This document shows positions 28,444 through 36,893 of a stretch of 64,000 nucleotides of DNA, piece by piece. This DNA comes from an uncultured Clostridia bacterium. Lineage in GTDB: Bacteria > Bacillota > Clostridia > TANB77 > CAG-508. The position numbers and the translations under genes are program-made. Each line of letters opens with the position of its first letter. Position 1 is the stretch's first letter. The notes below the pieces were generated by a model. That model was not told the DNA's origin. It saw only the letters and a program-made list of their open reading frames with translations, and searched no databases. Location of the stretch: the NCBI GenBank assembly GCA_947631025.1, contig CANRKA010000001.1:8007-72006 (forward strand). The letters run 5' to 3'.

Positions 28444-30024
28444 TCAAATATTTTCTATTATTAACTCATTATTATTGGTATAAATTTTATATTCAATATT
28501 TTCTTCTCTATCTAAAATTAGAGCATATCCTATTGAATTAGGAGTTATATTGTTTAAATATATAAAAAATCTTTTATTTTTATCTATTGATATTTGTTTT
28601 GCATCATCAAAATTTTTACGTTCATAAATTCCTCTATTAAATAATAAATTCATGTATCCTCTAATCTTTTTATTACTTGCCATAACGCTATTATAATTAT
28701 TATATCTATCATTTATATATGTTGAAATAATCTTATCATTTAAAAAAGTTGCATTTTCTTGTATATACCCTATACCAGTATTTACCTGTTTATATTTTCT
28801 TACATTCAATATTGATATTATTATTAATAATATTATAATAGTATTGATAATAAATTTATTATCTTTTAGATTAACTAAAGAAATTGTAGAAATCATAATA
28901 TAAAATACTATTAATAATATATAAATAAATTTTAATCTATCAAAAGTATAACTTATTGCATGTTCTAGCATAATAAAATTTTCTAATATAATAAATAAAA
29001 AGAAAATGATTTCATATTTATATTCTTTTACTAGTTTCCAAAGTTTATTCCTGTATTCTTTCACACTTAAGATACTTAATAACAAAATACTACATAAAAT
29101 ATTAATATATCTATATGAAATATCATAACCTTTTAGTAAATCCATTATTTCAACATTAGAGTTAGTTATATTTCTAGCAAAAAATCTAGTTTTTATTGCA
29201 TGAATATATTCATGCAAATTTAAATTAGTTAAAAAATGTATAGAAAATAAAGTAAATGATAAAATTGTTATAATTCCTATAAAAATAGGTTTTACAAAAC
29301 TTTTTAGTGTTATTTTTTTATTATAAATAACATCCTTTAAAAATAATATAATAGCAAAAGCAACGTTACTAATATATCCTGTCCATTCAACATATGGCAT
29401 AATAATACACATAAGATAAAATGCTATTTTAGCCTTTTTGTTTTTATAATTCATAAAAAGAAGAAAGTGTACTAATAGTAATAATTGAGAAATAGAGTGT
29501 ACCCAAAAAATTACTCCTTGAGAATGCATTACCTCTATAGAAAATATATAAATTAAAGTTGTTAATAAAATAATACAATTTTTATTTATATATTTTGAAA
29601 AAAGTTTACAAAGTATAATTATCAGTAAAACAAGTGATAATATACAAATTATACTATTTAGTGCATATAAACTATATATATTAATTGGTAAATTAAATAT
29701 TTTTACAAAAAAATATGGTATAACAAATCCAACTGGTGAGAACGATGTGTAATAATAATTTCCTTGTTTATCGGGAATAGTATCTCCCCATTTTATATTT
29801 TTATCTTCACTATCTCCAAGACTAACAATAGGCAAAAATTTATGAACAGATATTGGTGTTTCATCATAACATTTCATAGTTAGTAATGTATGTTCTGTTG
29901 CATCCAAATTATTATAATACAGACCTTCCTTTGGTATTCTTATTATAATTGAAATTATAACCAATATTAAAGCACATAATATACTAATATAAAATTTCAT
30001 TTTTTCATTTTTATTTTGCTTCAT
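28444..30024 (-). CDS. Polytopic membrane protein (526 aa), GT-C-like
   Basis: An N-terminal TM is followed by a loop LDATEHTLLTMKCYDETPISVHKF carrying acidic residues, as in ArnT/PMT-type first loops. At least 11 further TM segments follow, then a hydrophilic C-terminal tail of about 110 aa. Confidence 0.5.
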   Translation of the reverse strand: MKQNKNEKMKFYISILCALILVIISIIIRIPKEGLYYNNLDATEHTLLTMKCYDETPISVHKFLPIVSLGDSEDKNIKWGDTIPDKQGNYYYTSFSPVGFVIPYFFVKIFNLPINIYSLYALNSIICILSLVLLIIILCKLFSKYINKNCIILLTTLIYIFSIEVMHSQGVIFWVHSISQLLLLVHFLLFMNYKNKKAKIAFYLMCIIMPYVEWTGYISNVAFAIILFLKDVIYNKKITLKSFVKPIFIGIITILSFTLFSIHFLTNLNLHEYIHAIKTRFFARNITNSNVEIMDLLKGYDISYRYINILCSILLLSILSVKEYRNKLWKLVKEYKYEIIFFLFIILENFIMLEHAISYTFDRLKFIYILLIVFYIMISTISLVNLKDNKFIINTIIILLIIISILNVRKYKQVNTGIGYIQENATFLNDKIISTYINDRYNNYNSVMASNKKIRGYMNLLFNRGIYERKNFDDAKQISIDKNKRFFIYLNNITPNSIGYALILDREENIEYKIYTNNNELIIENI

Positions 30025-30060
30025 TCTTATTTCCTTTCAATCTTTATTTATATCTAGTTT

Positions 30061-30118
30061 ATTTCCGTATTATTATTTTCGCTCCATCCTATATTTTATA
30101 CAGATAATTTCATATCAC
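30061..30118. repeat. Direct repeat copy B. It is a degenerate duplicate of the isomerase 5' end (RBS, then MKLSV and a stop).
   Basis: atttccgtattattattttcgctccatcctatattttatacagataatttcat. The minus-strand reading gives GGAGAAGTGAT ATG AAA TTA TCT GTA TAA. The S-to-stop change is a single c-to-a difference from copy A. Confidence 0.8.
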
Positions 30119-30128
30119 TTCTCCTATT

Positions 30129-31403
30129 TTATTTGTTTTTATTCATTAATTCTTGTTTGTCTTGTCCAATGTAACAAATTGTTTTTGAAAAAAATATAAG
30201 TATTTTGTACAAGCAAAACTGGATAAATCCAAAATACCATAGCACAAAATTTAAATGTGTGTGTATATATGAATGTGATTTTGCTAAAATTAGCCATGAT
30301 AATGTTGTACTTAAAAAGAGTATAAACATTATTATATCCCTATAATAATGTTTAATTTTATTAATAAAATTAAACATTAAAATAAAAATTGTTAATCCTA
30401 TAACTAACATAAAATTGTTTCCTGAAATACACTGAATAATATCTGTATTCCATATTGTATATTTTCTTAGAGTTTTTATTACACTTGCATCAAAAGATTC
30501 CCAATATACTTGATCAAAATCATCTTTTTCAGCATGAATCAATGTTCTCCTTATTATATCTTGTTTATATATGTCTTTAATTCCCTGAAAAACATTTCCA
30601 TTTCCTCTTAAATAACCATGAATACATAATGCAGTAAAAAAAGCTATTAAACATGTAATTCCAACTAATATCATTGTTTTTATTATTTCTTTTCTTTTTT
30701 CTTTTCCTTTTACTTCAAATAAATCTACAATAAAAAATAATATCGTTGAAAGCATTATTGTACTTATATATTCATAACCACATAAACATTTTATTAATAT
30801 TGAAACATATATTGATGGTATAATTATTTTCTTTTTCTTATAATTAGTTGATAATAATAATCCAAGCAACATTGGTAAAAACCATGTAAATTCAACCCAA
30901 TATAAATTTCTCGCAAAAGAGACTATCCATGGAGATAATAAAAATGTTATATAAAACACTATTCCCATAATTTTATCATATTTATATGATATTAGATAAC
31001 ATATTGTAAGTAATATAATTGCTAACAATAAACAACATATAAATTTCATTATAAAAAAAGGAATTCTTAATTTATTATATAGAAAAGAAAACACAAATCC
31101 CTGTAAGCCAAATTGAGATTTATAACTCTCAAAATGTATTTCGTTATTATTGTCATTGTTTATATAATCATATATATTTTCTATTCTCTGATTATTCTTA
31201 TCTAAACAAGTTTCTAATCCGTATTTATTATTATCAAGATTTTCTTTATCAAAAATTTTAGAAAAAACTAAATATTCAGATCCACTAGAAAATGTATTAA
31301 AATTAGTTTTATTTGTATTCAATATATTTTTTGAAAAATTAATAACCATTATCAAAATCAATAAAATTATTATTGTTATTTTTTGCCCTTTTGTTTTTAA
31401 CAT
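30129..31403 (-). CDS. Polytopic membrane protein (424 aa) of unknown function, Wzy-like polymerase candidate
   Basis: One N-terminal TM, an ~80-aa extracytoplasmic segment and about 9 further TM segments, with a larger loop between late TM segments (GIKDIYKQDIIRRTLIHAEKDDFDQVYWESF). Confidence 0.45.
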   Translation of the reverse strand: MLKTKGQKITIIILLILIMVINFSKNILNTNKTNFNTFSSGSEYLVFSKIFDKENLDNNKYGLETCLDKNNQRIENIYDYINNDNNNEIHFESYKSQFGLQGFVFSFLYNKLRIPFFIMKFICCLLLAIILLTICYLISYKYDKIMGIVFYITFLLSPWIVSFARNLYWVEFTWFLPMLLGLLLSTNYKKKKIIIPSIYVSILIKCLCGYEYISTIMLSTILFFIVDLFEVKGKEKRKEIIKTMILVGITCLIAFFTALCIHGYLRGNGNVFQGIKDIYKQDIIRRTLIHAEKDDFDQVYWESFDASVIKTLRKYTIWNTDIIQCISGNNFMLVIGLTIFILMFNFINKIKHYYRDIIMFILFLSTTLSWLILAKSHSYIHTHLNFVLWYFGFIQFCLYKILIFFSKTICYIGQDKQELMNKNK

Positions 31404-31432
31404 ATTTTTACCTCCATTGATAAAATCAATTT

Positions 31433-32362
31433 TTATATTTTATTACTTTTTAAATCAACAAATAATTTTATATCTTCTAAAATAGTTTTTTTATCGATAA
31501 TATAGCCATCTTTTCCATTATACAAATTATAATATTTTGTTTTAAAGTTATAATTTGGTATATCTGTCGTTATTTCATTTATAAACTTTTTATTTTTTAT
31601 ATTTTCATATATTTCAGAAACTTTAACTGGCTCTGTTGCAATATTTAATAATCTTAAATTATTTTTTCTTGCAATTTCAATATTATTCCATAAATTTTTT
31701 AAATTATAGAATTGAAATTTTCCTCTACTATCTGTAAAATTAAGTGCATTAAAACCTATTTTATTAAAATAATCTTTTAATTTTTCTTTTTCATCTGTGT
31801 TTATTTCTTTTAATTTATAAAAACCATTTTCTTGTTTTTTATAATAATTTTTAATAAAATCATTTTTAGCTACTAATTCATTAAATTTTTCTTCTTTAAG
31901 CATAGATGGTATTATATTAATTAAGTCATAAATAAAATTTTTCTTAATATTTTCACCATATAAGCCAGGTAAACGTACTATTAAATGATTTTCAATATTT
32001 TCACTTACCCATTTTTCTAAATAATATCTATTATATCCATAGGGTTGTAGCCCTTCAGTTTCTATTTTTGTTTCTTCATTTACTTCAAAAGGATTTTTAT
32101 ATACATCTATAGTCGAAATTAAAACAATCTCTTTTGGATTTATTTTTTTTATATTTTCAATTGCATTTTTTATAATTTCAAAATCCTTTTCAGGTTCTTT
32201 ATTTGCAATAAATTTTTGTGCTGGAACCCCAGAATATACTAACAAATCTGGATTAGTATTAAATGCACTATTAATATTTGATGAATTGTATAATTCATCA
32301 AAATTATGATTCATGCTTAAATTTGATCCAACAAATCCCGTATTTCCTACTAAACTATCCAT
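31433..32362 (-). CDS. NAD-dependent epimerase/dehydratase (SDR) family protein
   Basis: N-terminal VGNTGFVGSNL (GxxGxxG) and PYGYNRYYLEKW (YxxxK). A strong RBS AAAGGAGA sits 7 nt upstream of ATG 32362. Confidence 0.75.
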   Translation of the reverse strand: MDSLVGNTGFVGSNLSMNHNFDELYNSSNINSAFNTNPDLLVYSGVPAQKFIANKEPEKDFEIIKNAIENIKKINPKEIVLISTIDVYKNPFEVNEETKIETEGLQPYGYNRYYLEKWVSENIENHLIVRLPGLYGENIKKNFIYDLINIIPSMLKEEKFNELVAKNDFIKNYYKKQENGFYKLKEINTDEKEKLKDYFNKIGFNALNFTDSRGKFQFYNLKNLWNNIEIARKNNLRLLNIATEPVKVSEIYENIKNKKFINEITTDIPNYNFKTKYYNLYNGKDGYIIDKKTILEDIKLFVDLKSNKI

Positions 32363-32401
32363 ACTAAATCTCCTTTTATATTTTTAAATTTTACTTTATG
32401 T

Positions 32402-33487
32402 TTAACCTTTAAAAATATTTTCTAATAACTTAATATTTTCTTTATTATATTTAGCTACATCAAACTTTTCTTTTAATTCAAATCTATTTTTAATAAAGTT
32501 TTCCATTTGAGAAGCTATAGAATTTACATCTTTTTTTGTTATAATTCCATATTTATCTCCAATAATTTCCTTGCAATCTGATACATTTGTTGTAAGTATT
32601 GGCAATCCTAAAATTTTTGCTTCATTATAAACTACTGGATATCCTTCATATTCTGATGTTAGTAATAAATAATCACTAATTAAAAAATATGGATATGGAT
32701 TTTTCTTTTTGCCTAAAAATACAATTTCTTTATCTAATTTATATTCCTTAGCTTTATTTGTATAAGTATTTCTATCTTTACCATCTCCAACAATTAAAAT
32801 TTTAAATTCTAATCCTTTTTCTTTTAGTTTTTTAGTGCTTTCTATTATTCTACTAACTTTTTTATCTTCTTCTGTTAGTCTTCCCAAATATAAAAAGGTA
32901 GTTTTATCTTCTTTTGTTTCTGTTATTTTTTCTTCTGATAATTTAATTATTTTTTTATAATCTATAAGATTGTTTATTACTTGGCATTTATTTTCTAAAT
33001 TTTCAAATAGCTTTATGAAAGCATTTTTCGCATCATTAGAAACAAAAATAATATTTTTAAATTTATTAATTTTAATCTTGTTAAAAAAATTTATAAACTT
33101 ATCTTCGTTGTTATTAAACATTTGCATATAATTTGAGTGTACCCATAATGCATTATTTTTAGAAGCTACTCTTGCTGTAAAAGAGCCTGACAAAGAATAT
33201 GTAGCAAATGATGCTGCAAAATCATATTTATTTTTATATTTTAAAATAAAATTTACTCTTTTTAAAAAATTTAGTATTTTTCTTATAATTATGTTTTTAT
33301 AAGCGCTAGGTGAATATTGTATTATATTAATTTTTTTGCTTATATCTTCTAAAAAAATACCTTCTTTTTTTTCTAAAACTAATGTTATATCATAATCTTT
33401 TTTAATAAGTTCATTAAGTAGTGTAACAAGAGCTGTTTCTATTCCTCCAACATCTAACGAATATGCTGAAAACAATAATTTCTTCAT
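32402..33487 (-). CDS. Glycosyltransferase family 4. It is the first gene of the locus.
   Basis: MKKLLFSAYSLDVGGIETALVTLLNEL... with C-terminal EGYPVVYNEAKILGLPILTTNVSD. The start was moved to ATG 33487, preceded by AGAAGGATTTATAT. Confidence 0.85.
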   Translation of the reverse strand: MKKLLFSAYSLDVGGIETALVTLLNELIKKDYDITLVLEKKEGIFLEDISKKINIIQYSPSAYKNIIIRKILNFLKRVNFILKYKNKYDFAASFATYSLSGSFTARVASKNNALWVHSNYMQMFNNNEDKFINFFNKIKINKFKNIIFVSNDAKNAFIKLFENLENKCQVINNLIDYKKIIKLSEEKITETKEDKTTFLYLGRLTEEDKKVSRIIESTKKLKEKGLEFKILIVGDGKDRNTYTNKAKEYKLDKEIVFLGKKKNPYPYFLISDYLLLTSEYEGYPVVYNEAKILGLPILTTNVSDCKEIIGDKYGIITKKDVNSIASQMENFIKNRFELKEKFDVAKYNKENIKLLENIFKG

Positions 33488-33518
33488 ATATAAATCCTTC
33501 TTATAAATTTCTTTTATA

Positions 33519-33547
33519 ATTTTATATGTAAAAGCCCTATTTGTCAA
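33519..33547 (-). promoter_or_regulatory. Sigma-A-like promoter for the glycopolymer locus
   Basis: On the minus strand the sequence reads TTGACA, a 17-nt spacer, then TAAAAT (-35 at 33542-33547, -10 at 33519-33524). This places the start site about 25 nt upstream of the first gene. Confidence 0.45.
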
Positions 33548-33548
33548 G

Positions 33549-33576
33549 AAAAAGGTCGACATTGTCGACCTTTTTT
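33549..33576. terminator. Bidirectional rho-independent terminator that ends spoVT transcription
   Basis: The plus-strand reads aaaaaGGTCGACattGTCGACCtttttt: a perfect 7-bp GC stem, a 3-nt loop, an A5 run before and a T6 run after. Confidence 0.8.
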
Positions 33577-33593
33577 GCAAGTTTATTTATATC

Positions 33594-34148
33594 TTATATT
33601 TCCATTTGACTTCCTAAAAAATTTGCTGCTGATTGTGCTACTTTCTTTTCTACATCATTCATTTTTGTTTTTGCTTCTTTTGAAATTAGTATTACTGTAC
33701 CTATTGCATCTCCGTCTGATATTATAGGATATACTATTTGAGAATTAAATTTTCTTTCCTTATTGTCATTTTTTATTATAGGTATTGAAAGATTATTATT
33801 TTCATTACTTGCGTATACCTCTTTATCTTCCATTAATTGTTCTATTTCTTTACTTAAATCTTGTTCTAATAATTCTTTTTTAGCACCGCCAGATACTGCT
33901 ATTACTGTATCTTTATCTGTTATACATGCAATATGACCTGTAGTTTTAGCCAAAGTTTCAGCATAACCTACTGCAAATTCAGAAAGCTCTCCGATAGGAG
34001 AATATTTTTTTAATATAACTTGGCCCTCTCTATCTGTAAAAATTTCTAAAGGGTCACCTTCTTTTATTCTAAGAGTTTTTCTAATTTCTTTTGGTATAAC
34101 TACTCTTCCTAAGTCATCTATTCTTCTAACAACACCAGTTGCTTTCAT
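33594..34148 (-). CDS. spoVT: Stage V sporulation protein T (AbrB-type N-terminus plus GAF domain)
   Basis: MKATGVVRRIDDLGRVVIPKEIRKTLRIKEGDPLEIFTDREGQVILKKYSPI is a near-canonical SpoVT N-terminus. The RBS AAAGGAGGAAAATTA is perfect. Confidence 0.9.
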   Translation of the reverse strand: MKATGVVRRIDDLGRVVIPKEIRKTLRIKEGDPLEIFTDREGQVILKKYSPIGELSEFAVGYAETLAKTTGHIACITDKDTVIAVSGGAKKELLEQDLSKEIEQLMEDKEVYASNENNNLSIPIIKNDNKERKFNSQIVYPIISDGDAIGTVILISKEAKTKMNDVEKKVAQSAANFLGSQMEI

Positions 34149-34235
34149 AATTTTCCTCCTTTTATTATTTTTGTCTAATTTTAGTATGTCAATAAGGAAA
34201 AATTTTATGCGTTTGTTATTTTAAAATTTTATTTT

Positions 34236-36206
34236 TTACTCTTCTTTTCTACCTAAAAATGATGTTTTATATTTATCTAATATATAATCTAAGTCTTTAG
34301 CAAATTCTTTAAGCATTACAGTTTTTATAGAAGTATCTTTTCCTTTTAAGTAATCCTCTGTTAGTTGCTTTATTTGTCTAATATTTTTCATTTCTGGTTC
34401 TATTTCTTTTGTATATTTGTCTGCTCTTTTTACTAGTTTTTCTTTAATTGTAACTATATCTTCATTACTTGCGCAAGATATTCTTTGGAATACTTGAAAC
34501 GCGTCATAATATTTAAATATTGGTATATTCATACATTCTTTATCGAATTTTTCATAAAATACTTCCATTTTCATTGGAATATATTTAAATAATTCTTCTG
34601 CTTTTTCTCTATACATTTTTTCTTGAAGATTTAAATTTAATTCATTAAAGTGTGTTAAAATTTCTTGCATATCTTCATTCATTTCACCATCTACAGTGAT
34701 TTTTTCTAATTCATCTTCTGCATTTTCACAATATTTAGATTTAAGTGATGCTATATTCATACCGTTTAGAAATACACTTTTTATTGTTTTTATGTCATAC
34801 ATTATTAGTCCTTTTTTTACGAAATAACTAAAGTATGCATATAATTTAACTATATCTATTAATTCTAATTCACCATTTTTAACATTATCTAATATTGTGT
34901 CCATAGATGCAGTAAACTGGTCATCTGGTATTTTCCAGTATTCTTCTGTAAGTAATCTTTTATATGCAGGAAGTTTATCTAAATCTACAGTATTTATTAT
35001 AACTTCCATATCTAATTTAAATAATTTCATATCAAAAATTCTTGTACGTACATATTTTTCTATAAATTTAAAGAATCTATAGTCTGCTTTAAAATTATAA
35101 TAATAGTTACTATCAAATTCTTTAATATAAAATTGTCTATTGTCTGAAAGAACTCTAGAAGATACTAATATAGATTTGTACTCTTCGTTACTGTCTATAT
35201 TAATAAATTTATTTTTTGTTATTTTTCCTGCTTTTATTTCAAAAGATACCGCAATTGTAAATATTAGCATTGTTTGTAATACTTTATTGCTTGTATTTGG
35301 ATAATTTTTATTTACCATTTCAAATACTTTTTTAAAATCATTTAATGCATGTTTTAAAATTCTTAAGTTACGTGTTCCACTTTTATTAAATGTAGAAATA
35401 ATAAGTCCTGTATTTTCTCTTAAAAATCGTATTAACTCTGGATGATTTTCATATCTCATTAATAAACCATTTATTATATAATTAAATTCTGGTGCATATT
35501 CAAATGTTTCACCTATTAATTTTTCTTTTATTCTTTCATATTCATTTGCTTTGTCAAAAACATATTCTATCTTATCTTTAATTTTTTCAACCATAGGTTT
35601 TTCTGTTTTTGTTAAAGCACCTTCTTTATCTAATAAATATGTTGCAATAAATGTTTTCATTTCTAGATTTGAATTTTTAATTTTTGTAGAAAGTTCCTTT
35701 TCGTTACATATAATTATTGTTTTAATATGGTCGTGCTCAACAAAATTATTTATATAACCTAATATATCTATAACATCTACGTTAGCTCTTTCTAGGTCAT
35801 CAAAGCATAAAATTTTATCGTCTGTAGAAAAGAAATTAGCATAATTTACTTTATCTCCATTTTGTGTAACACCAAAAAAGTTAGCCATATCTAAGCCTGT
35901 TTTTGCATATTCTGGTATTGTAGTTTGACCGTGAGAATTCATATATTTTCTTAAATTTTTATCCATCAATTGTGTTGTTTCTATAAATATTTTTTTGCTA
36001 ATATCTTCTAAGTTAGAAATACCATATAAAGACATATATATAGTTGTGTATTGTTTACCGTTAATTTGCATAGATTCTATTTTGTTTCTAACTTTGTTAT
36101 TCCAAAAATAGGTTTTTCCGCTTCCCCATTCACCATTAATCATAATGGCATAATCTGTATAATCTGCTCTAATATAGTCTAATATACTTTCAACTAAATC
36201 TTCCAT
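34236..36206 (-). CDS. KAP-family P-loop NTPase
   Basis: Walker A YAIMINGEWGSGKTYFWNN, Walker B-like ILCFDDLERA and a long alpha-helical C-terminal region typical of PF07693. It starts 15 nt after the comFC stop. Confidence 0.75.
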   Translation of the reverse strand: MEDLVESILDYIRADYTDYAIMINGEWGSGKTYFWNNKVRNKIESMQINGKQYTTIYMSLYGISNLEDISKKIFIETTQLMDKNLRKYMNSHGQTTIPEYAKTGLDMANFFGVTQNGDKVNYANFFSTDDKILCFDDLERANVDVIDILGYINNFVEHDHIKTIIICNEKELSTKIKNSNLEMKTFIATYLLDKEGALTKTEKPMVEKIKDKIEYVFDKANEYERIKEKLIGETFEYAPEFNYIINGLLMRYENHPELIRFLRENTGLIISTFNKSGTRNLRILKHALNDFKKVFEMVNKNYPNTSNKVLQTMLIFTIAVSFEIKAGKITKNKFINIDSNEEYKSILVSSRVLSDNRQFYIKEFDSNYYYNFKADYRFFKFIEKYVRTRIFDMKLFKLDMEVIINTVDLDKLPAYKRLLTEEYWKIPDDQFTASMDTILDNVKNGELELIDIVKLYAYFSYFVKKGLIMYDIKTIKSVFLNGMNIASLKSKYCENAEDELEKITVDGEMNEDMQEILTHFNELNLNLQEKMYREKAEELFKYIPMKMEVFYEKFDKECMNIPIFKYYDAFQVFQRISCASNEDIVTIKEKLVKRADKYTKEIEPEMKNIRQIKQLTEDYLKGKDTSIKTVMLKEFAKDLDYILDKYKTSFLGRKEE

Positions 36207-36221
36207 TCGTATCCTCCTTAT

Positions 36222-36875
36222 TTAATCTTTTGCAATTGTTATAATTCCTACTTTACTTGCTCCTGCATTTTTTAATGCTTTGCTACATTCATTTGCTGTA
36301 CTACCAGTAGTATAAACATCATCTAATAATACTATTTTTTTATTTTTTATTTGTAATTTGTTTTTTACTTCATATGCATTAATTAAATTATATTTTCTGT
36401 CATTTTCGCATAATTTACTTTGCGGTTTTGTGTTTTTTATTTTAATTAAATTGTTATTTTCGTATTTTAAATTATTAAAATTTTCTGCTACTTTTTTTGC
36501 TATTAGCTCTGTTTGACTATATCCTCTTTCATTTTTTCTAATTTTATGAATAGGAACTGGGATTATTATATCATAACTTTCTAAAAATCTACATATTTTT
36601 TTATTTTTTAAAATTATTTCACAAAAAAATTCATATAAAAATGCTTTGTCTTTAAATTTATAACTAATAATTTTCTCTCTTATTATTCCTTCATAATTAA
36701 AAATATATAATTGCTCATCAAGAGATTTTACTAAATATTTTTTTATTTTTGTAAATTCTATTTTTGAAAGATTTCTTTTGCAATTTTCACATATATAATT
36801 TTCACAAATTTTGTTGCAAATACCACATTTAAGTGGATATAACAAATTAAGAAGCATATTAAAAATTTCTTTCAT
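36222..36875 (-). CDS. comFC: ComF family competence protein (phosphoribosyltransferase domain)
   Basis: N-terminal zinc-ribbon CGICNKICENYICENCK and the C-terminal PRTase motif VLLDDVYTTGSTANE. Confidence 0.85.
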   Translation of the reverse strand: MKEIFNMLLNLLYPLKCGICNKICENYICENCKRNLSKIEFTKIKKYLVKSLDEQLYIFNYEGIIREKIISYKFKDKAFLYEFFCEIILKNKKICRFLESYDIIIPVPIHKIRKNERGYSQTELIAKKVAENFNNLKYENNNLIKIKNTKPQSKLCENDRKYNLINAYEVKNKLQIKNKKIVLLDDVYTTGSTANECSKALKNAGASKVGIITIAKD

Positions 36876-36893
36876 AATTTTCCTTTCCGCTCC

